Part shown: positions 23,556 to 34,600 of the stretch, in pieces
Layout: the number at the start of each line of letters is the position of its first letter
Numbering within the stretch: position 1 is the stretch's first letter
Origin: Escherichia phage vB_EcoP_KAW1A4500
Length of the DNA stretch: 44,241 bases
Sequence record: MK373773.1
Strand: one strand, 5' to 3'
Position numbers and translations under genes: made by a program
Notes under the pieces: generated by a model
The model's input: only the letters and a program-made list of their open reading frames with translations
Database searches by the model: none
What the model was told of the DNA's origin: nothing

Positions 23556-24764
23556 ATGTCTACACCGAATACTCTGACTAACGTTGCTGTATCTGCATCC
23601 GGTGAGGTTGACAGCCTTCTCATTGAGAAGTTTAATGGTAAGGTCAATGAGCAGTACCTAAAAGGTGAGAACATTCTGTCCTACTTTGATGTACAAACTG
23701 TTACTGGCACTAACACAGTGAGCAACAAATATTTGGGCGAAACTGAGTTGCAGGTGCTAGCACCGGGTCAGTCTCCTAATGCCACCCCTACTCAGGCGGA
23801 TAAAAACCAGTTGGTAATTGATACCACTGTCATTGCTCGTAACACTGTGGCTCACATCCACGATGTACAAGGTGACATCGATAGCCTGAAACCAAAACTG
23901 GCTATGAACCAAGCCAAGCAACTGAAACGTCTGGAAGACCAGATGGCAATTCAGCAGATGCTGTTAGGCGGTATTGCTAACACCAAGGCCAAACGTAACA
24001 AGCCGCGTGTTAAAGGGCATGGCTTCTCTATCAACGTTAACGTAACTGAGAGTGAAGCACTGGCTAACCCTCAGTATGTTATGGCTGCGGTAGAGTATGC
24101 TCTGGAGCAACAGCTTGAGCAGGAAGTGGACATCTCTGATGTAGCTATCATGATGCCGTGGAAGTTCTTCAATGCTCTGCGTGATGCAGACCGAATTGTA
24201 GATAAGACTTACACTATCAGCCAGTCTGGTGCAACCATTAATGGCTTCGTTCTCTCTTCTTATAACTGCCCTGTGATCCCGTCTAACCGATTCCCTACCT
24301 TCGCTCAGGATCAGGCTCACCACCTGTTGTCTAATGAAGATAACGGCTATCGTTATGACCCTATCGCAGAGATGAATGGTGCAGTTGCTGTTCTGTTCAC
24401 TGCCGACGCACTGCTGGTGGGTCGTACCATTGAAGTGACTGGTGACATCTTCTATGAGAAGAAAGAGAAGACTTATTACATTGACACCTTCATGGCTGAG
24501 GGTGCAATCCCTGACCGTTGGGAAGCAGTGTCTGTAGTTACCACTAAACGTAATGCAACTACTGGTGCTGCTGAAGGTTCTGGTGATGATCACGCAACCG
24601 TACTGGCTCGTGCACAGCGTAAGGCTGTATATGTCAAAACCGAAGGTGCTGCGGCTGCATTCTCTGCTGCCCCAGCAGGTATCCAAGCGGAAGACCTTGT
24701 AGCGGCGGTACGTGCTGTAATGGCAAATGACATCAAGCCGACTGCAATGAAACCTGCTGAGTAA
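23556..24764 (+). CDS. Major capsid protein
   Basis: 402 aa; own strong promoter and strong terminator downstream; after scaffold as in T7 gene 10. Confidence 0.85.
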   Translation: MSTPNTLTNVAVSASGEVDSLLIEKFNGKVNEQYLKGENILSYFDVQTVTGTNTVSNKYLGETELQVLAPGQSPNATPTQADKNQLVIDTTVIARNTVAHIHDVQGDIDSLKPKLAMNQAKQLKRLEDQMAIQQMLLGGIANTKAKRNKPRVKGHGFSINVNVTESEALANPQYVMAAVEYALEQQLEQEVDISDVAIMMPWKFFNALRDADRIVDKTYTISQSGATINGFVLSSYNCPVIPSNRFPTFAQDQAHHLLSNEDNGYRYDPIAEMNGAVAVLFTADALLVGRTIEVTGDIFYEKKEKTYYIDTFMAEGAIPDRWEAVSVVTTKRNATTGAAEGSGDDHATVLARAQRKAVYVKTEGAAAAFSAAPAGIQAEDLVAAVRAVMANDIKPTAMKPAE

Positions 24765-24771
24765 TACCTAT

Positions 24772-24806
24772 GCCCTATCTACCTTGCGTAGGTAGGGTTA
24801 TTTTTG
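24772..24806 (+). terminator. Strong hairpin plus T-tract terminator after capsid gene
   Basis: GCCCTATCTACCTTGCGTAGGTAGGGTTATTTTTG; stem about 10 bp followed by TTATTTTT. Confidence 0.6.
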
Positions 24807-24818
24807 TTAGGAGGATTC

Positions 24819-25556
24819 ATGCCTGTAATTAGACAAACCAGTAAAGTAGGACACATGATGGAAGATGTGGCCTTCCAGATTATTGATAGTAAACTTGAAG
24901 CGGTCAACCTGTGTATGCGAGCTATTGGTCGTGAGGGTGTGGATTCTCTCGACTCAGGGGACTTGGACGCAGAAGATGCAAGCAAGATGATCGACATCGT
25001 ATCCCAGCGGTTCCAGTACAACAAAGGAGGTGGCTGGTGGTTCAATCGTGAACCAAATTGGCAGATTGCACCTGATACCAATGGTGAAGTCAATTTACCT
25101 AACAACTGCCTAGCAGTATTGCAGTGTTACGCTTTAGGTGAAAAGAAAGTACCTATGACTATGCGAGCAGGTAAGCTCTACTCTACTTGGAGTCACACCT
25201 TTGATATGCGTAAGCATGTTAATGCTAATGGTATGATTCGTCTTACCTTACTCACCTTACTACCCTACGAGCATTTACCTACAAGTGTAATGCAGGCTAT
25301 TGCCTATCAAGCTGCTGTAGAGTTTATTGTGTCTAAGGATGCAGATCAGACTAAGCTAGCCACTGCGCAGCAGATAGCCACTCAGCTTCTTATGGATGTA
25401 CAATCTGAGCAAATGTCACAGAAGCGATTAAACATGCTGGTACATAACCCCACTCAGCGTCAGTTTGGTATCATGGCTGGTGGCTCTCAGAATGTACCTG
25501 CTTACTCTCATTCACCTTATGAGAGTTGGGCGCTCCGTCCGTGGGAGGATCGTTAA
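24819..25556 (+). CDS. Tail tubular protein A (T7 gene 11 family)
   Basis: ORF track 24804..25556 with ATG at 24819 after AGGAGGA; follows capsid. Confidence 0.78.
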   Translation: MPVIRQTSKVGHMMEDVAFQIIDSKLEAVNLCMRAIGREGVDSLDSGDLDAEDASKMIDIVSQRFQYNKGGGWWFNREPNWQIAPDTNGEVNLPNNCLAVLQCYALGEKKVPMTMRAGKLYSTWSHTFDMRKHVNANGMIRLTLLTLLPYEHLPTSVMQAIAYQAAVEFIVSKDADQTKLATAQQIATQLLMDVQSEQMSQKRLNMLVHNPTQRQFGIMAGGSQNVPAYSHSPYESWALRPWEDR

Positions 25557-27958
25557 TGGAAGTACAAGGTTCATTAGGTAGACAAATCCAAGGGATTAGC
25601 CAGCAGCCGCCAGCGGTACGCTTGGATGGTCAGTGCACAGCTATGGTTAATATGATACCTGATGTAGTGAATGGTACTCAATCACGCATGGGTACAACTC
25701 ATATTGCAAAGATACTTGATGCGGGGACTGATGACATGGCTACTCATCATTATCGCAGAGGTGATGGTGATGAAGAGTATTTCTTCACGTTGAAGAAAGG
25801 ACAAGTTCCTGAGATATTTGATAAGTATGGGCGCAAATGTAATGTGACTTCACAAGATGCACCTATGACCTACCTCTCTGAGGTTGTTAATCCAAGGGAA
25901 GATGTGCAATTCATTACGATAGCTGATGTTACTTTCATGCTTAATCGTAGGAAAGTAGTTAAAGCTAGTAACAGGAAGTCACCTAAAGTTGGAAACAAAG
26001 CCATTGTGTTTTGTGCGTATGGTCAATATGGTACATCTTATTCCATTGTAATTAATGGGACCAACGCTGCTAGTTTTAAAACACCGGATGGTGGAAGTGC
26101 AGACCATGTTGAACAAATTCGAACTGAACGTATCACTTCTGAATTGTACGCTAAGTTGCAGCAATGGAGCGGTGTGAGTGACTATGAAATACAAAGAGAC
26201 GGTACTAGTATATTTATCGAGAGACGGGATGGTGCTAGCTTTACAATAACAACCACCGATGGTGCAAAAGGTAAGGACTTAGTGGCTATCAAGAATAAAG
26301 TTAGCTCTACTGACCTACTCCCTTCTCGTGCGCCTGCTGGTTATAAAGTACAAGTGTGGCCTACTGGCAGCAAACCTGAGTCTCGTTACTGGCTGCAAGC
26401 TGAGCCTAAAGAGGGAAACCTTGTGTCTTGGAAAGAAACAATAGCTGCTGATGTATTACTTGGGTTTGATAAAGGCACAATGCCTTACATTATTGAACGT
26501 ACAGGTATCATCGACGGCATAGCTCAATTCAAGATAAGACAAGGTGATTGGGAAGATCGTAAAGTAGGGGATAACTTGACTAACCCTATGCCTTCTTTTA
26601 TTGATGAGGAAGTACCCCAGACAATAGGTGGAATGTTCATGGTGCAGAACCGCCTATGCTTTACAGCAGGTGAAGCGGTTATTGCTTCTCGTACATCATA
26701 CTTCTTCGATTTCTTTCGTTATACGGTTATCTCTGCATTGGCAACTGACCCATTTGATATTTTCTCAGATGCTAGTGAAGTCTACCAGCTAAAACATGCA
26801 GTGACCTTAGATGGCGCTACCGTGTTGTTCTCTGATAAGTCACAATTCATACTGCCAGGCGATAAGCCTTTAGAGAAGTCAAATGCACTGCTTAAGCCTG
26901 TTACAACATTTGAAGTGAACAATAAAGTGAAGCCAGTAGTAACTGGTGAATCGGTAATGTTTGCCACTAACGATGGTGCTTACTCTGGTGTCCGAGAGTT
27001 CTATACAGACTCTTATAGTGACACTAAGAAGGCACAAGCAATCACAAGTCATGTGAATAAGCTTATCGAAGGTAACATTATCAACATGGCAGCAAGTACC
27101 AATGTCAACCGATTGCTTGTCACTACCGATAAATATCGTAACATAATTTACTGCTATGATTGGTTATGGCAAGGTACAGACCGTGTACAATCAGCATGGC
27201 ATGTATGGGAGTGGCCTATGGGTACAAAGGTGCGAGGTATGTTTTATTCTGGTGAATTACTTTATCTACTCCTTGAGCGAGGCGATGGCGTCTATCTGGA
27301 GAAGATGGACATGGGTGATGCACTAACCTATGGTTTGAATGACCGCATCAGAATGGATAGGCAAGCAGAGTTGATCTTCAAGCATTTTAAAGCAGAAGAT
27401 GAATGGATATCTGAACCACTTCCTTGGACTCCTACTAACCCAGAACTTTTGGATTGCATCTTAATAGAAGGGTGGGATTCATACATTGGAGGTTCTTTCC
27501 TGTTCAAATATAACCCTAGTGATAACACCTTGTCTACAACCTTTGACATGCACGATGATAACCACGTAAAAGCGAAGGTTATTGTTGGTCAGATTTACCC
27601 TCAAGAGTTTGAACCTACACCTGTAGTTATCAGAGATAGGCAAGATCGTGTATCCTATATTGATGTACCTGTTGTGGGGTTGGTTCACCTTAATCTTGAT
27701 ATGTATCCTGATTTCTCTGTGGAAGTTAAGAATGTGAAGAGTGGTAAAGTACGCAGGGTGCTAGCGTCAAACCGTATAGGTGGTGCTCTCAACAACACAG
27801 TAGGTTATGTTGAACCAAGGGAGGGTGTCTTCAGATTCCCACTGAGGGCTAAGAGTACGGATGCTGTTTATCGTATTATTGTAGAATCACCTCATACATT
27901 CCAGCTTCGCGATATTGAGTGGGAAGGGAGCTACAATCCAACCAAAAGGAGGGTCTAA
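25556..27958 (+). CDS. Tail tubular protein B (T7 gene 12 family)
   Basis: ORF track 25526..27958 with ATG at 25556; N-terminus MEVQGSLGRQIQGISQQP matches the T7 gp12 GGISQQP N-terminus. Confidence 0.85.
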   Translation: MEVQGSLGRQIQGISQQPPAVRLDGQCTAMVNMIPDVVNGTQSRMGTTHIAKILDAGTDDMATHHYRRGDGDEEYFFTLKKGQVPEIFDKYGRKCNVTSQDAPMTYLSEVVNPREDVQFITIADVTFMLNRRKVVKASNRKSPKVGNKAIVFCAYGQYGTSYSIVINGTNAASFKTPDGGSADHVEQIRTERITSELYAKLQQWSGVSDYEIQRDGTSIFIERRDGASFTITTTDGAKGKDLVAIKNKVSSTDLLPSRAPAGYKVQVWPTGSKPESRYWLQAEPKEGNLVSWKETIAADVLLGFDKGTMPYIIERTGIIDGIAQFKIRQGDWEDRKVGDNLTNPMPSFIDEEVPQTIGGMFMVQNRLCFTAGEAVIASRTSYFFDFFRYTVISALATDPFDIFSDASEVYQLKHAVTLDGATVLFSDKSQFILPGDKPLEKSNALLKPVTTFEVNNKVKPVVTGESVMFATNDGAYSGVREFYTDSYSDTKKAQAITSHVNKLIEGNIINMAASTNVNRLLVTTDKYRNIIYCYDWLWQGTDRVQSAWHVWEWPMGTKVRGMFYSGELLYLLLERGDGVYLEKMDMGDALTYGLNDRIRMDRQAELIFKHFKAEDEWISEPLPWTPTNPELLDCILIEGWDSYIGGSFLFKYNPSDNTLSTTFDMHDDNHVKAKVIVGQIYPQEFEPTPVVIRDRQDRVSYIDVPVVGLVHLNLDMYPDFSVEVKNVKSGKVRRVLASNRIGGALNNTVGYVEPREGVFRFPLRAKSTDAVYRIIVESPHTFQLRDIEWEGSYNPTKRRV

Positions 27959-28680
27959 TGGCTATAGGTTCAGCCGTTATGGCTGGTATGTCTTCTATTG
28001 GTAGCATGTTTGCAGGCAGTGGTGCAGCAGCCGCTGCTGGAGGTGCTGCCGCAGGTGGCGGAGGTTTGCTAGGTTCACTAGGCGGATTCCTAAGTGGTTC
28101 CACTGCTGGTTTCTCTAATGCTGGCCTTCTTGGTGCTGGCCTTCAAGGGTTAGGCTTGATTGGTGATCTATTTGGTGGAAGTGATGAAGCCAAGGCGATG
28201 AAGAAAGCACAAGAAGAGCAATGGCGGCAGCAGCTTATTGCTACACAAGAGGCGTACAAGACAGTGGCAGACGCAGAACGTTCTGCTGCTAAACAATATC
28301 ATGCAGATGCAATCAGTAATCAGGCTTCACTGCTACAGCAGCGAGCACAGGTTGCATTACTTGCTGGGGCTACTGGTACTGGTGGTAATTCTGTGTCCTC
28401 TATGCTTAATGACTTAGCAGCAGATGGCGGCAGGAACCAGAGTACTATCATTGATAACTATGAGAATCAGAAGATTAATTTCACCAACCAGCTTAAGTCT
28501 ATCCAACGTGGTGGTCAGATGCAGATGCGTGAGTTTAAGAAGCCTTCTGCTATGAATACCTTGGTTAAAGGTATTCCAAGTCTGGCATCTGCCTATGTAA
28601 CTGGTAGTAAGTCTGGCAAGGCATTGGGTAAAGCCTTAACTGATTCTCGCACATATTCATCTGGAACAAGAGGTATTTAA
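27958..28680 (+). CDS. Internal virion protein, Gly/Ala-rich membrane-associated (gp14-like)
   Basis: ORF track 27919..28680 with ATG at 27958 after AAGGAGGG; Gly/Ala-rich hydrophobic N-terminus. Confidence 0.62.
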   Translation: MAIGSAVMAGMSSIGSMFAGSGAAAAAGGAAAGGGGLLGSLGGFLSGSTAGFSNAGLLGAGLQGLGLIGDLFGGSDEAKAMKKAQEEQWRQQLIATQEAYKTVADAERSAAKQYHADAISNQASLLQQRAQVALLAGATGTGGNSVSSMLNDLAADGGRNQSTIIDNYENQKINFTNQLKSIQRGGQMQMREFKKPSAMNTLVKGIPSLASAYVTGSKSGKALGKALTDSRTYSSGTRGI

Positions 28681-31628
28681 TGGCAATTGAGCGACAAGCA
28701 GTACAAGGTCTGCCACAAGTGCAGGCCACTTCTCCTAATGTCATGACCTTTGCACCTCAACAAGTGGGAGGTGTGGAGGCTGGCGTGGCTTCTACCTCCG
28801 GTAGTAGATTTATCGAAGACCTTATTCGTGCAGCAAGCAGCGTGGCTGATGTTACCACTGGTATCCTTAATCAGAAGATTGAGGAAGATAAGGTTATTCA
28901 AATGGAGCGGGCATATAATGGATTAATGCCTTCTGAGGATGCAACTCGTGGTGGCGCTCGTGCTAACATGCTTGTCAAAGCTCAACTGCTAGCTAATGAT
29001 GAAGCAGCACGAATGAAAGACATGGCTACTCGTTTCCAAGGAACGGATGATGAGTGGACACAACTTATGGTTGACTCTCGTAATGAGATGCAGAATAAGC
29101 TGTTCCAGCAATACCCTGAGTTGCAAGGTGACAAAGATACTATGCGTATGGTCACTAATGTCTTCCAAGAACAGCAGCCTCAGATTTGGGCTACACGAAC
29201 CCAGCATAAACTTGACCGTGAACAAGCAGACCGTGAGGATACCTTTGACGGGCGAGTGGCTTCTACTTGGGATTCTAATATTGACCCTGAAGCCTCTGGC
29301 TATGCTTTACAGGAACGAATCCGCGAAGGTCTTACTCAAGGATTACTACCTGAACAGATGCACAAGAAGTTAGTCCAGCGAGCAATTTCACTTGCACAAG
29401 GCGGTGATGTTAGCATGGCTGAAGCCCTGAAGTATGTGAAGGACGATAAGGGTGTTTCTGTTTATGCTAAGAATCCACAGCTTATCACAGCCATCACTAG
29501 TGGTAATGCAGTTTGGGCTAGGAATAATGTAGCTGATGTAACTCGTATGTCTTTCGAAGTTAAAGAATCCTACCTTGCAGGTGATTTAACTGATGAAGAA
29601 CTGTTGGAACGAGCACAGCACATTAATAATCTGACAGGTAACTCTGTCTTCTCTAATCCAGAGCTAGAGGCACTGATGCGCCAACGGGCTAAGCAGAATG
29701 CAGAGCTAGGTGCAATGCAGGATATGCGACGTGAGCTTTACTCCGACCGCCTGACTGGCTTCCAAGGTAAGACTGATAAAGAGAAGAAGGCTTACATTGA
29801 TGTTATCAAACAGGATAGCCAACTTTATGCAGACCAGCAAATCAAACAACGTGGCTTGGACCCTTACAGTCAAGAGGCTGAAGCTATTCGTGGTGCAGTG
29901 GAAGTGCAGCGCCTGCAATTCATGAACTCCAAAGGCTTAGTGGATGATACCTTTGAGTCTCGTATCAAAGCCATGGAATCTATGCTATCGCCTGAGCACT
30001 TTGCCAAGGGCGAACCACAGGAGTTGATGACTATTCGCCAGTTGTGGGAACAGTTGCCAGAAGAGAGCCGAGGTGTCTTTGGTGACACGGTGAATGGCTA
30101 CATGGATAACTACAACACTGCACTACAAATGGGAGAGACACCTTTGCAGGCTGCAAGGTTTGCGCGTGAAGCACAGCAGAAATTCTCTCGTACTGAGAAG
30201 GAAACCAAGAAGTTCAACTCAGCTATTGGAGATGCACTGGATGAGGTATCTGGTGCTGGCTGGTTTGATGGTAAAACCGAAGTGTCAGACTTAGGTAAAG
30301 CTATTGCGGAAGAAGAGTTACGAGCTAAGGCCAATATGTTGTGGTCTAGTGGTATGCGTAACATGGATTCTATCAAGAAGGCTTTAATTACTTGGGGCAA
30401 TAAACGCTACACTCAAACAGAGGATGCAAAGACTTCCGGTGGCTATTTCATTAAAGGTGATTACACTTCTGCATCTGATATGCTTATGTCAGTTGGGAAA
30501 GGCGTAAACCCTACCGATGTACCTCTGGCGCTTGGTAGGTATGTAGAAACACAGATGCCAGAATTGAAGAAGGAGCTTCAAGAGTGGGAAACTAAAGATG
30601 ATATATACATTGATTACAATGAACAGAAAGGAACTTTTGTGATTCGTGCTGGTGCAGCAGGTCGCCCTCTTTCTGGAGTAATCCCTGTAACTTCTTTGGA
30701 TACCACTTCACTACTGGATTCTGCCTATCAGAAGAAAGTAGAAGAACGAGATAAAGGCGAGTATGTTCACCCGTATCGTACAGATATTGGTGCACAAGAG
30801 CCTATGCCAGCTAAACCAACTGCCAAAGATATTGGTAAATTTGGACTAGCTAACTTCCTCATGTCTTCTGCTTTTGCTTCTGGTGAGAATCTACCTTCTA
30901 ACTTCGAGATTAACTATCGAGGTAATATGCAACAATTCTATGACAAGCTAGCTATGGATGAGAATAAAGATAAAGTTGGCTTTAATAAGGCAACTGGAAC
31001 CTTTACTCCATATAAAGACGCTCACGGTGAGTCTATCGGTTACGGTCATTTCTTAACGGAAGAAGAGAAGCGAAACGGGTATATTAAGATTGGCGATGAA
31101 CTAGTTCCCTATCGAGGGTCTATGTCTCAGCTTACAGAGAGTAAGGCTCGCGCTCTTATGGAGCAAGATGCTAAGAAGCATGTGCCTTCTACTCGTGACT
31201 GGAAGATTCCGTTTGACCAGATGCATCCTGCACAGCAACGTGGCTTGATGGATTTAACCTACAATTTAGGTAAAGGTGGAATCCAGAACTCACCGCGTGC
31301 TCTTGCTGCATTCAAAGCTGGTAAGCTTACGGAAGGCTTTATCGAAATGCTGGGCACTGCATCAAGTGAAGGTAAGCGTATTCCTGGCCTACTGAAGCGA
31401 CGCGCTGAGGCATACAATATGGCATCTGCTGGTGGTGTGCCTAAGATTACCGAAGTGGAGACTCGTGAAGATGGCTCCATGTGGGTTAGGTTTGGTGGAC
31501 CTATGCCAGCAGGTTCTGTCTCGGCATGGACTCATAAACGTATTGGCGCGGATGGTTGGTATCAGGTTTATGAGGCTGCACCTACCAAGTTAGCTAAAGG
31601 TTCTAAGGTAGGTAAAGTTAAGTTGTAG
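28680..31628 (+). CDS. Internal virion (ejection) protein with C-terminal lysozyme-like domain (982 aa)
   Basis: Large ORF in the internal-core position; C-terminal region (about 31020..31470) has a phage-lysozyme-like pattern GYGHFLTEEE...GLMDLTYNLGKGG. Confidence 0.75.
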   Translation: MAIERQAVQGLPQVQATSPNVMTFAPQQVGGVEAGVASTSGSRFIEDLIRAASSVADVTTGILNQKIEEDKVIQMERAYNGLMPSEDATRGGARANMLVKAQLLANDEAARMKDMATRFQGTDDEWTQLMVDSRNEMQNKLFQQYPELQGDKDTMRMVTNVFQEQQPQIWATRTQHKLDREQADREDTFDGRVASTWDSNIDPEASGYALQERIREGLTQGLLPEQMHKKLVQRAISLAQGGDVSMAEALKYVKDDKGVSVYAKNPQLITAITSGNAVWARNNVADVTRMSFEVKESYLAGDLTDEELLERAQHINNLTGNSVFSNPELEALMRQRAKQNAELGAMQDMRRELYSDRLTGFQGKTDKEKKAYIDVIKQDSQLYADQQIKQRGLDPYSQEAEAIRGAVEVQRLQFMNSKGLVDDTFESRIKAMESMLSPEHFAKGEPQELMTIRQLWEQLPEESRGVFGDTVNGYMDNYNTALQMGETPLQAARFAREAQQKFSRTEKETKKFNSAIGDALDEVSGAGWFDGKTEVSDLGKAIAEEELRAKANMLWSSGMRNMDSIKKALITWGNKRYTQTEDAKTSGGYFIKGDYTSASDMLMSVGKGVNPTDVPLALGRYVETQMPELKKELQEWETKDDIYIDYNEQKGTFVIRAGAAGRPLSGVIPVTSLDTTSLLDSAYQKKVEERDKGEYVHPYRTDIGAQEPMPAKPTAKDIGKFGLANFLMSSAFASGENLPSNFEINYRGNMQQFYDKLAMDENKDKVGFNKATGTFTPYKDAHGESIGYGHFLTEEEKRNGYIKIGDELVPYRGSMSQLTESKARALMEQDAKKHVPSTRDWKIPFDQMHPAQQRGLMDLTYNLGKGGIQNSPRALAAFKAGKLTEGFIEMLGTASSEGKRIPGLLKRRAEAYNMASAGGVPKITEVETREDGSMWVRFGGPMPAGSVSAWTHKRIGADGWYQVYEAAPTKLAKGSKVGKVKL

Positions 31629-31644
31629 TACCTAACTCAAGGCT

Positions 31645-31662
31645 TGTCTCACATGTGAGACA
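31645..31662. promoter_or_regulatory. 18-bp perfect palindrome TGTCTCACATGTGAGACA (family copy 6)
   Basis: Between the two large internal virion protein genes; flanked by GGCT/AGGTC, extending the potential stem. Confidence 0.7.
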
Positions 31663-31692
31663 GGTCTTTATGATAGGCACTATGGAGGAATT

Positions 31693-34600
31693 ATGGAACA
31701 AGACATTAAGACTAATTGGGCTGGATATGTCCAGTCTACTCCTGAGCCGTTTTCTATTGAGGCGGCTCCGGTATCGGCTCCTACGATACGCCAGCGTAAT
31801 GAGTTACAAGAGCAAGTTCTTGAAGCTAAAGCTGACGCTGATATTTTAGGTGCTGTAGGTGCTGCCTTCCAGAATGAGTGGTTGGCATTCGGAGGCAAGC
31901 GGTGGTATGACCGTGCCACTGCTGATTTCACACCTCAACCAGACTTTGAGATACAACCTGAGCAACGTGAAGCACTACGTTTCAAATATGGTACGGATAT
32001 GATGCAGACAATCACTGAGGGTGTTCGTTCTGAGGATGAATTGAACTTCCGTATTCAGAATGCTGATGAAGACCTTGAGCGCAATAAGCGCATTGCTCAG
32101 GCTGGCTGGGTTGGCTCTGTGGCGACGATTGGCGCTGCTGTGCTTGACCCTGTGGGATGGGTTGCCTCTATTCCAACCGGTGGTGCCGCTAAAGTTGGAC
32201 TCGTAGGACGTGCTGTGCGTGGCGCTATCGCCGCTGGCGTGAGTAATGCCGCTATTGAATCCGTATTGGTCCAAGGTGACATGACTCGTGATTTAGATGA
32301 CATTATGGTAGCACTAGGTTCCGGTATGGCGATGGGTGGCGTTATTGGCGCTGTAGCGCGTGGTAGGGCCACTAAGCTCAGTGAGCAAGGGGATGACAGG
32401 GCTGCGAGCATTGTGCGCAGTGCAGACGCAGGGGACCGCTATGTGCGTGCTGTTGCTGATGATAGTATCGGTGCGATGCGTGTTAAGGGTGAAGAGGTAC
32501 TCACGGAGGGTGCATTTGATGTCTCTAGCAAAGGTGAAGATTTGCTGAAAACCCTACAGCGGGAAGGTAATGCAATTGATATGACCCCTCGCCGCTGGGC
32601 CGGAACTCTGTCTGCCCTTGGTACTGTCGTACATTCCTCTCAGGATGCAAGTGTACGCGGCCTTGGTGCTCGCCTGTTTGAGTCCCCCCAAGGCTTAGGT
32701 ATGCAGAAGGCATCTGCTAGTCTCATGCAGAATACTAACTTGAACCGTCTGAAATCTGCTGATATGAATCGTTTCAACGATGGGTTCGATTTATGGCTCA
32801 AAGAGAATAATATCAACCCGGTTGCAGGTCATACTAACTCTCACTATGTGCAGCAATATAATGAGAAGGTATGGGAAGCTGTACGCATCGGTATGGACGA
32901 GTCTACGCCTAAGTCTATCCGTATGGCAGCAGAGGGGCAGCAAGCTATGTATCGTGAAGCATTAGCATTACGTCAACGCTCTGGTGAAGCTGGGTTTGAA
33001 AAGGTTAAAGCAGATGATAAGTACATGCCTGATATTTTTGACAGTATGAAGGCTCGTCGTCAATTCAGTATGCACGATAAAGAGGACATCATTGAGTTAT
33101 TCTCTCGTGCATACCAGAATGGTTCTCGTAAGGTTCCAAAGGAAGTGGCTGATGATATTGCACGAGCACAAGTAAACCGCGTTGCTGATGCCACCTTGAC
33201 CGGACAGCTTAGCTTTGAAAAGGCTATGTCTGGTCAAACCAAAGCAGAATATGAAGCACTCATGCGCAAAGCAGGCTTTAGTGATGAAGAGATTGAAAAG
33301 ATGGTAGAAGCTCTGGATAATAAAGAAACCAGAGATAATATCTCTAACCGAGCTAAGATGAGTTTAGGCTTAGATGTTACTCAAGAGTACAATGGTATTC
33401 GTATGCGTGACTTTATGAACACTAACGTGGAAGAGTTAACAGATAACTACATGAAGGAAGCGGCAGGTGGTGCTGCCTTGGCTCGTCAAGGTTTCTCTAC
33501 CTATCAGGCTGCACTTAATGCAATTGATCTTGTAGAGCGAAATGCACGAAATGCAGCTAAAGATACAAAAGCACACGCACAATTTGAAGCGGAGTCGGCT
33601 AAGATCCGTCAATCAGAGCCTGATTACAAGAAGGCACAAGAGAAGATTGAAGAGTTAAAGAAGCGACTTAAATTGAAAGAGAAAGATGAAGCAGCAGGTC
33701 TGGCTATTGATGAAGAAATCCGTCAGATGCGAGAGGGGCTTCGCTTGATTATGGGTAAATCTATCGATTCAAACCCACAAGATTTGTCTACTAAAATGCT
33801 GCGTCGTGGGCGTGACATTACAGGCGTACTTCGCTTAGGTCAGATGGGCTTCGCACAGCTAGGTGAACTTGCTAACTTCATGGGTGAGTTTGGTATTGCT
33901 GCCACCACTATGGCTTTAGGTAAGCAATTCCGCTTCACCTCTAAGGCGTTGCGTAATGGCGATGGCTTCTTTCGAGATAAGAATTTAGCTGAGGTTGAGC
34001 GAATGGTAGGTTACATTGGTGAAGACAACTGGCTAACAACTAAGGGTGCGCGTCCAGATGAGTTTGGTGATGTAACCACAGTGCGAGGTATGATGGCCCA
34101 TTTTGACCAGTCCATGAACTCTATACGACGTGCTCAGACAAACCTATCCCTCTTCCGCATGGCACAGGGTTCTCTGGAGCGAATGACCAATAGGCAAATA
34201 GCTTTGTCTTTCATTGACCACCTTGAAGGCAAGAAGATTATCCCTCAGAAGAAACTGGAGGAACTTGGTCTTACTCAGGAGTTCATGACTAACCTACAGA
34301 AGCACTATGATGCTAACTCTAAAGGTTCTGGCTTGCTTGGCTTTGATACAATGCCTTATGCCATGGGTGAAACTTTAGCTAATGCTATTCGTCGTAAGTC
34401 AGGTCTAATTATCCAACGTAACTTCATTGGTGATGAAGGTATCTGGATGAACAAAGCACTAGGTAAGACATTTGCACAGCTTAAGTCATTCTCTCTTGTA
34501 TCTGGTGAGAAGCAATTTGGTCGAGGGATTCGACACGATAAAATTGGTCTTGCTAAGAAGACAGCTTACGGGTTTGCTTTGGGTTCAATAGTGTATGCGG

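Noticed and set aside
23964-24686. Minus-strand ORF of 240 aa inside the capsid gene
   Set aside because: Antisense to the major capsid gene; no translational signals; the same applies to other minus-strand ORFs in the track (for example 20480..21079, 22588..22917, 42496..42936).
24700-24830. Capsid 10A/10B-type programmed frameshift extension
   Set aside because: No extended ORF in the -1 or +1 frame past the capsid stop; stops occur within a few codons and a strong terminator follows.
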